DNA of 10,875 nt from Azolla caroliniana (lineage: Eukaryota; Plantae; Polypodiophyta): contig JBHGNT010001218.1 in assembly GCA_043228905.1 (NCBI GenBank), positions 1 through 10,875 on the forward strand, in the 5' to 3' direction. This document shows positions 8,954 to 10,875 of the stretch, one piece after another (positions within the stretch are counted from its first letter, which is position 1; every line of letters begins with the position of its first letter). The notes beneath the pieces were generated by a model. That model was given only the letters and a program-made list of their open reading frames with translations, searched no databases and had not been told where the DNA came from. The translations under genes and the position numbers were made by a program.

Positions 8954-9045
8954 CTTACATTCTATGTGTTTACCTAACTGTTTGTAGGTGACTGGTTGAG
9001 CCGGCTATGTCCTGTGTACGAGATTCCACACATTATTCTTTTACA

Positions 9046-9057
9046 TGGTATCAAAGC
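9046..9057 (+). promoter_or_regulatory. Primer binding site complementary to the tRNA-iMet 3' end
   Basis: TGGTATCAAAGC, 11/12 to the canonical plant PBS TGGTATCAGAGC, immediately after the LTR-terminal CA. Confidence 0.92.
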
Positions 9058-9152
9058 GTGAGGGTTGAGAATCCTCTTCGGCCGACAAACATTTCAGTAC
9101 AGACAAGCGTTTGAATCTCCGAACAAAGTGTGATAGGAACATTTATAGAGGA

Positions 9153-9404
9153 ATGGGTAGCTTGCTGACGTCAGAAAAACTTGATAGGAGCAACTGTGCA
9201 TCTTGGGCATACAAGATATATTAGTACCTACTTGGACACAACTATTGGAGCTACGTAGAAGGAGCAAACGAAGTACCACAAGAATCGACACATAGAGACT
9301 TCCCAGCTTGGGAGCAAGCAACAAGCCAAGTCTTGTACTACTTTGCCTTGTGTATCTACGATCAGATGTTCGAGTACATTAGGGATGCAAAGTCGCCAAA
9401 GGAT
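9153..9404 (+). pseudogene. gag: Copia gag N-terminus (DUF4219/UBN2-type), disrupted and truncated; not in ORF track
   Basis: MGSLLTSEKLDRSNCASWAYKIY*YLLGHNYWSYVEGANE...FPAWEQ...YIRDAKSPKD matches the copia gag pattern KLxxxNYxxW...L...W.YVEG...W...I..AKxPKxAW; in-frame TAG at 9222-9224. Confidence 0.88.
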
Positions 9405-10061
9405 CCAAGAAGATGACAACAAAATCACCGAGTTGATCTCAGAAAACGTCATTCATCGCTTGTTGGAATGTGGCTGGAGCATTAGTCAACTCGAAAGGTA
9501 TGACTAAAAACTCATAATGGCCATAGCGCGTATGAAAGACGGTTTTAGGAATATCATTATCAGCAATGCGAATATGATGATAACCTGTTTGTAAGTCAAT
9601 TTTCGTAAAATATTGGGCCCCATGAAAACGATCAATCAAATAATCGGCACGAGGTAATAGATATGCATTTTTAATTGTCATTTTATTCAAACTGCGATAA
9701 TTGATACACATCGCCATGAACCTTCCTTCTTCTTAACTAATAGAACTGGCGCACCTCAAGGTGATTTACTATACCTAATGTGGTCCATACTCAAGTATTC
9801 CTTAAGTTGTTTAACGATCTCATCTTCTTCTAATCGACTAAGTCGGTAAGGTGGAATGCTCACAGGAGCAACAACGGGGATGAGTTCAATTTGGTGGTCC
9901 ACATTATGTTTTGGTGGTAAAGTAAGGGGCAATTCGTTAGGAAACACGTCTTGAAAATCGTCTAAAATAGAGTTGAGTAATCGTTGTTCATAATGTGGTA
10001 ATTGTGTGGTGTCAATATTAAAATAATAAAATTGAAGCACAAGATCAATTACACGAATAAA
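9403..10061 (-). pseudogene. pol: Gypsy pol: reverse transcriptase N-terminal part, pseudogenised
   Basis: Stops at 9756-9758 (conserved W position) and 9439-9441, a 1-bp frameshift near 9712, and truncation after the first Asp of the (Y/F)LDD motif. Confidence 0.93.
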
Positions 10062-10875
10062 TTAATGAACTAGAATACTCAAAGAGTTAGAAGAAACAAG
10101 TGAACGAGAAGGAAGTTTGGAACATTGAATAAAATGTTTACAATTATTAAGTTTAAATGTGATTGAGTGATTAACCCAATCAATGGACAAAGAAGGGTTT
10201 TTATTAAAAAACCAAGGGTATCCTAAAATGATATTTGCGGATTGTAGTTTCATAACATGAAAGTCTAACTTCTCCAAATAGGTATCTATTTGAATTGACA
10301 GTTGACAAACACTGATGTATTGAACGCTTCCATTTGCCATGTGAACTTGATAGATATGATCACTTGCGTTTATGTGGAGTTCCATTTGCTGCACAAAGTG
10401 ATCATTAAGAAAATTGTGAGAACTACCGAAATCAAACAAGAAATGTGCTTGTGTTCCATTGATATACTCGATTGCTCGGAGTAAATCATTAGATCCAAGT
10501 AAATGTGAAGGAAAAGTGCATTCACATGAACTTAAGTGGTTGGTATGAACTTCAACAACATCAAAAGACTCACATGTGTGACTCGTAGATTTGTCTTGAG
10601 GAGGGGTGATCATTGACTTCCTCTCAAGACGACATGTATCCTTTGTGTGGCCCCGCTTCTTGCAATATGCACAGAAGAGGTTCAGTTTCTTGGAGTCGTA
10701 GTGAAGAGTGTCACTGGATTGCTTACGTTTCCCAATGAACTTGACATTCGGAGTTTTGGCGAACTCAGGTTTATTGTGGTATTTCTTGGAAGTCCTATGG
10801 TACCGAAGTACAATGTGACGGCTTTCTTGAAAGTTGTGGGGTCCTTGTCATGGAAAATCCAATGGTAATACCCAT
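10062..10875 (-). pseudogene. gag-pol: Gypsy gag C-terminus (CCHC zinc knuckle) and aspartic protease
   Basis: CAYCKKRGHTKDTC (CX2CX4HX4C) at 10673-10632 is in frame with protease LFDFGSSHNFL (Asp at 10433-10431) and IILGYPWF; DPTTFKKAV gag motif sits in another frame upstream (frameshift); TAA at 10064-10062 is in frame with the RT leader. Confidence 0.92.

Larger units (their letters stand above)
8291..9045 (+). repeat. Copia 5' LTR (about 311 bp once the nested insertion is removed)
   Basis: TGT...ACA termini; TATA box TATAAAAG at 8411; TTAATATAG, T-tract and (CT)n at about 8905-8953. The 3' end is fixed by the PBS; the 5' end is less certain because no second LTR is available. Confidence 0.7.
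8291..9404 (+). mobile_element. Truncated Ty1/copia LTR retrotransposon (5' LTR + PBS + gag N-terminus)
   Basis: LTR end ...TTTTACA (9045) abuts PBS TGGTATCAAAGC, followed by copia-type gag. The left boundary TGTTAG at 8291 is inferred from LTR architecture. Confidence 0.85.
9403..10875 (-). mobile_element. Degenerate Ty3/gypsy (chromovirus-type) LTR retrotransposon fragment: gag - protease - RT, runs off the right edge
   Basis: Domain order gag zinc knuckle, aspartic protease, RT with no integrase in between (gypsy order). RT motifs [79 protein letters not shown]. Confidence 0.96.

Noticed and set aside
9401-9406. GGATCC/GATC at the copia-gypsy junction as a BamHI/MboI ligation artefact
   Set aside because: Both parents would need GATC here, but the expected continuations (copia KD-A-W = GAT GC; gypsy LD-D = GAT GA) give GATG, so the site appears created by the join. 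Read support is still needed.
9094-10868. ORFs 9094-9324(-), 9228-9452(-), 10302-10484(+), 10647-10868(+)
   Set aside because: Antisense shadows of copia gag and gypsy gag-pol.
1-10875. CRISPR array, tRNA/rRNA genes or a prokaryotic operon-type system
   Set aside because: No regularly spaced repeat-spacer units and no RNA-gene signatures seen; spliceosomal introns and LTR elements show eukaryotic nuclear DNA.

Overview
AT-rich eukaryotic DNA from a land plant (my impression is a fern-like or other non-seed plant; not provable from this window). Left third: a complete, intact 9-exon minus-strand gene (3994->163) that I spliced by hand into a 409-aa secreted acid-lipase-family alpha/beta hydrolase (plant LIP1/LIP2-MPL1, animal LIPA/LIPF type). 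Its Ser-Asp-His triad is intact but its nucleophile elbow is the non-canonical A-Y-S-E-G. Middle (about 4000-8290): promoter and decayed repetitive DNA with several palindromes and a probable gag relic. Right: a stack of dead LTR retrotransposons. A + strand Ty1/copia 5' end (LTR, tRNA-Met PBS, gag N-terminus) has an LTR that appears interrupted by an opposite-orientation solo LTR, and it is fused head-on at 9403-9404 to a - strand Ty3/gypsy chromovirus-type gag-PR-RT that breaks inside the RT catalytic motif. I found no convincing novel multi-gene system; the best leads are the divergent lipase active site and the copia/gypsy fusion.
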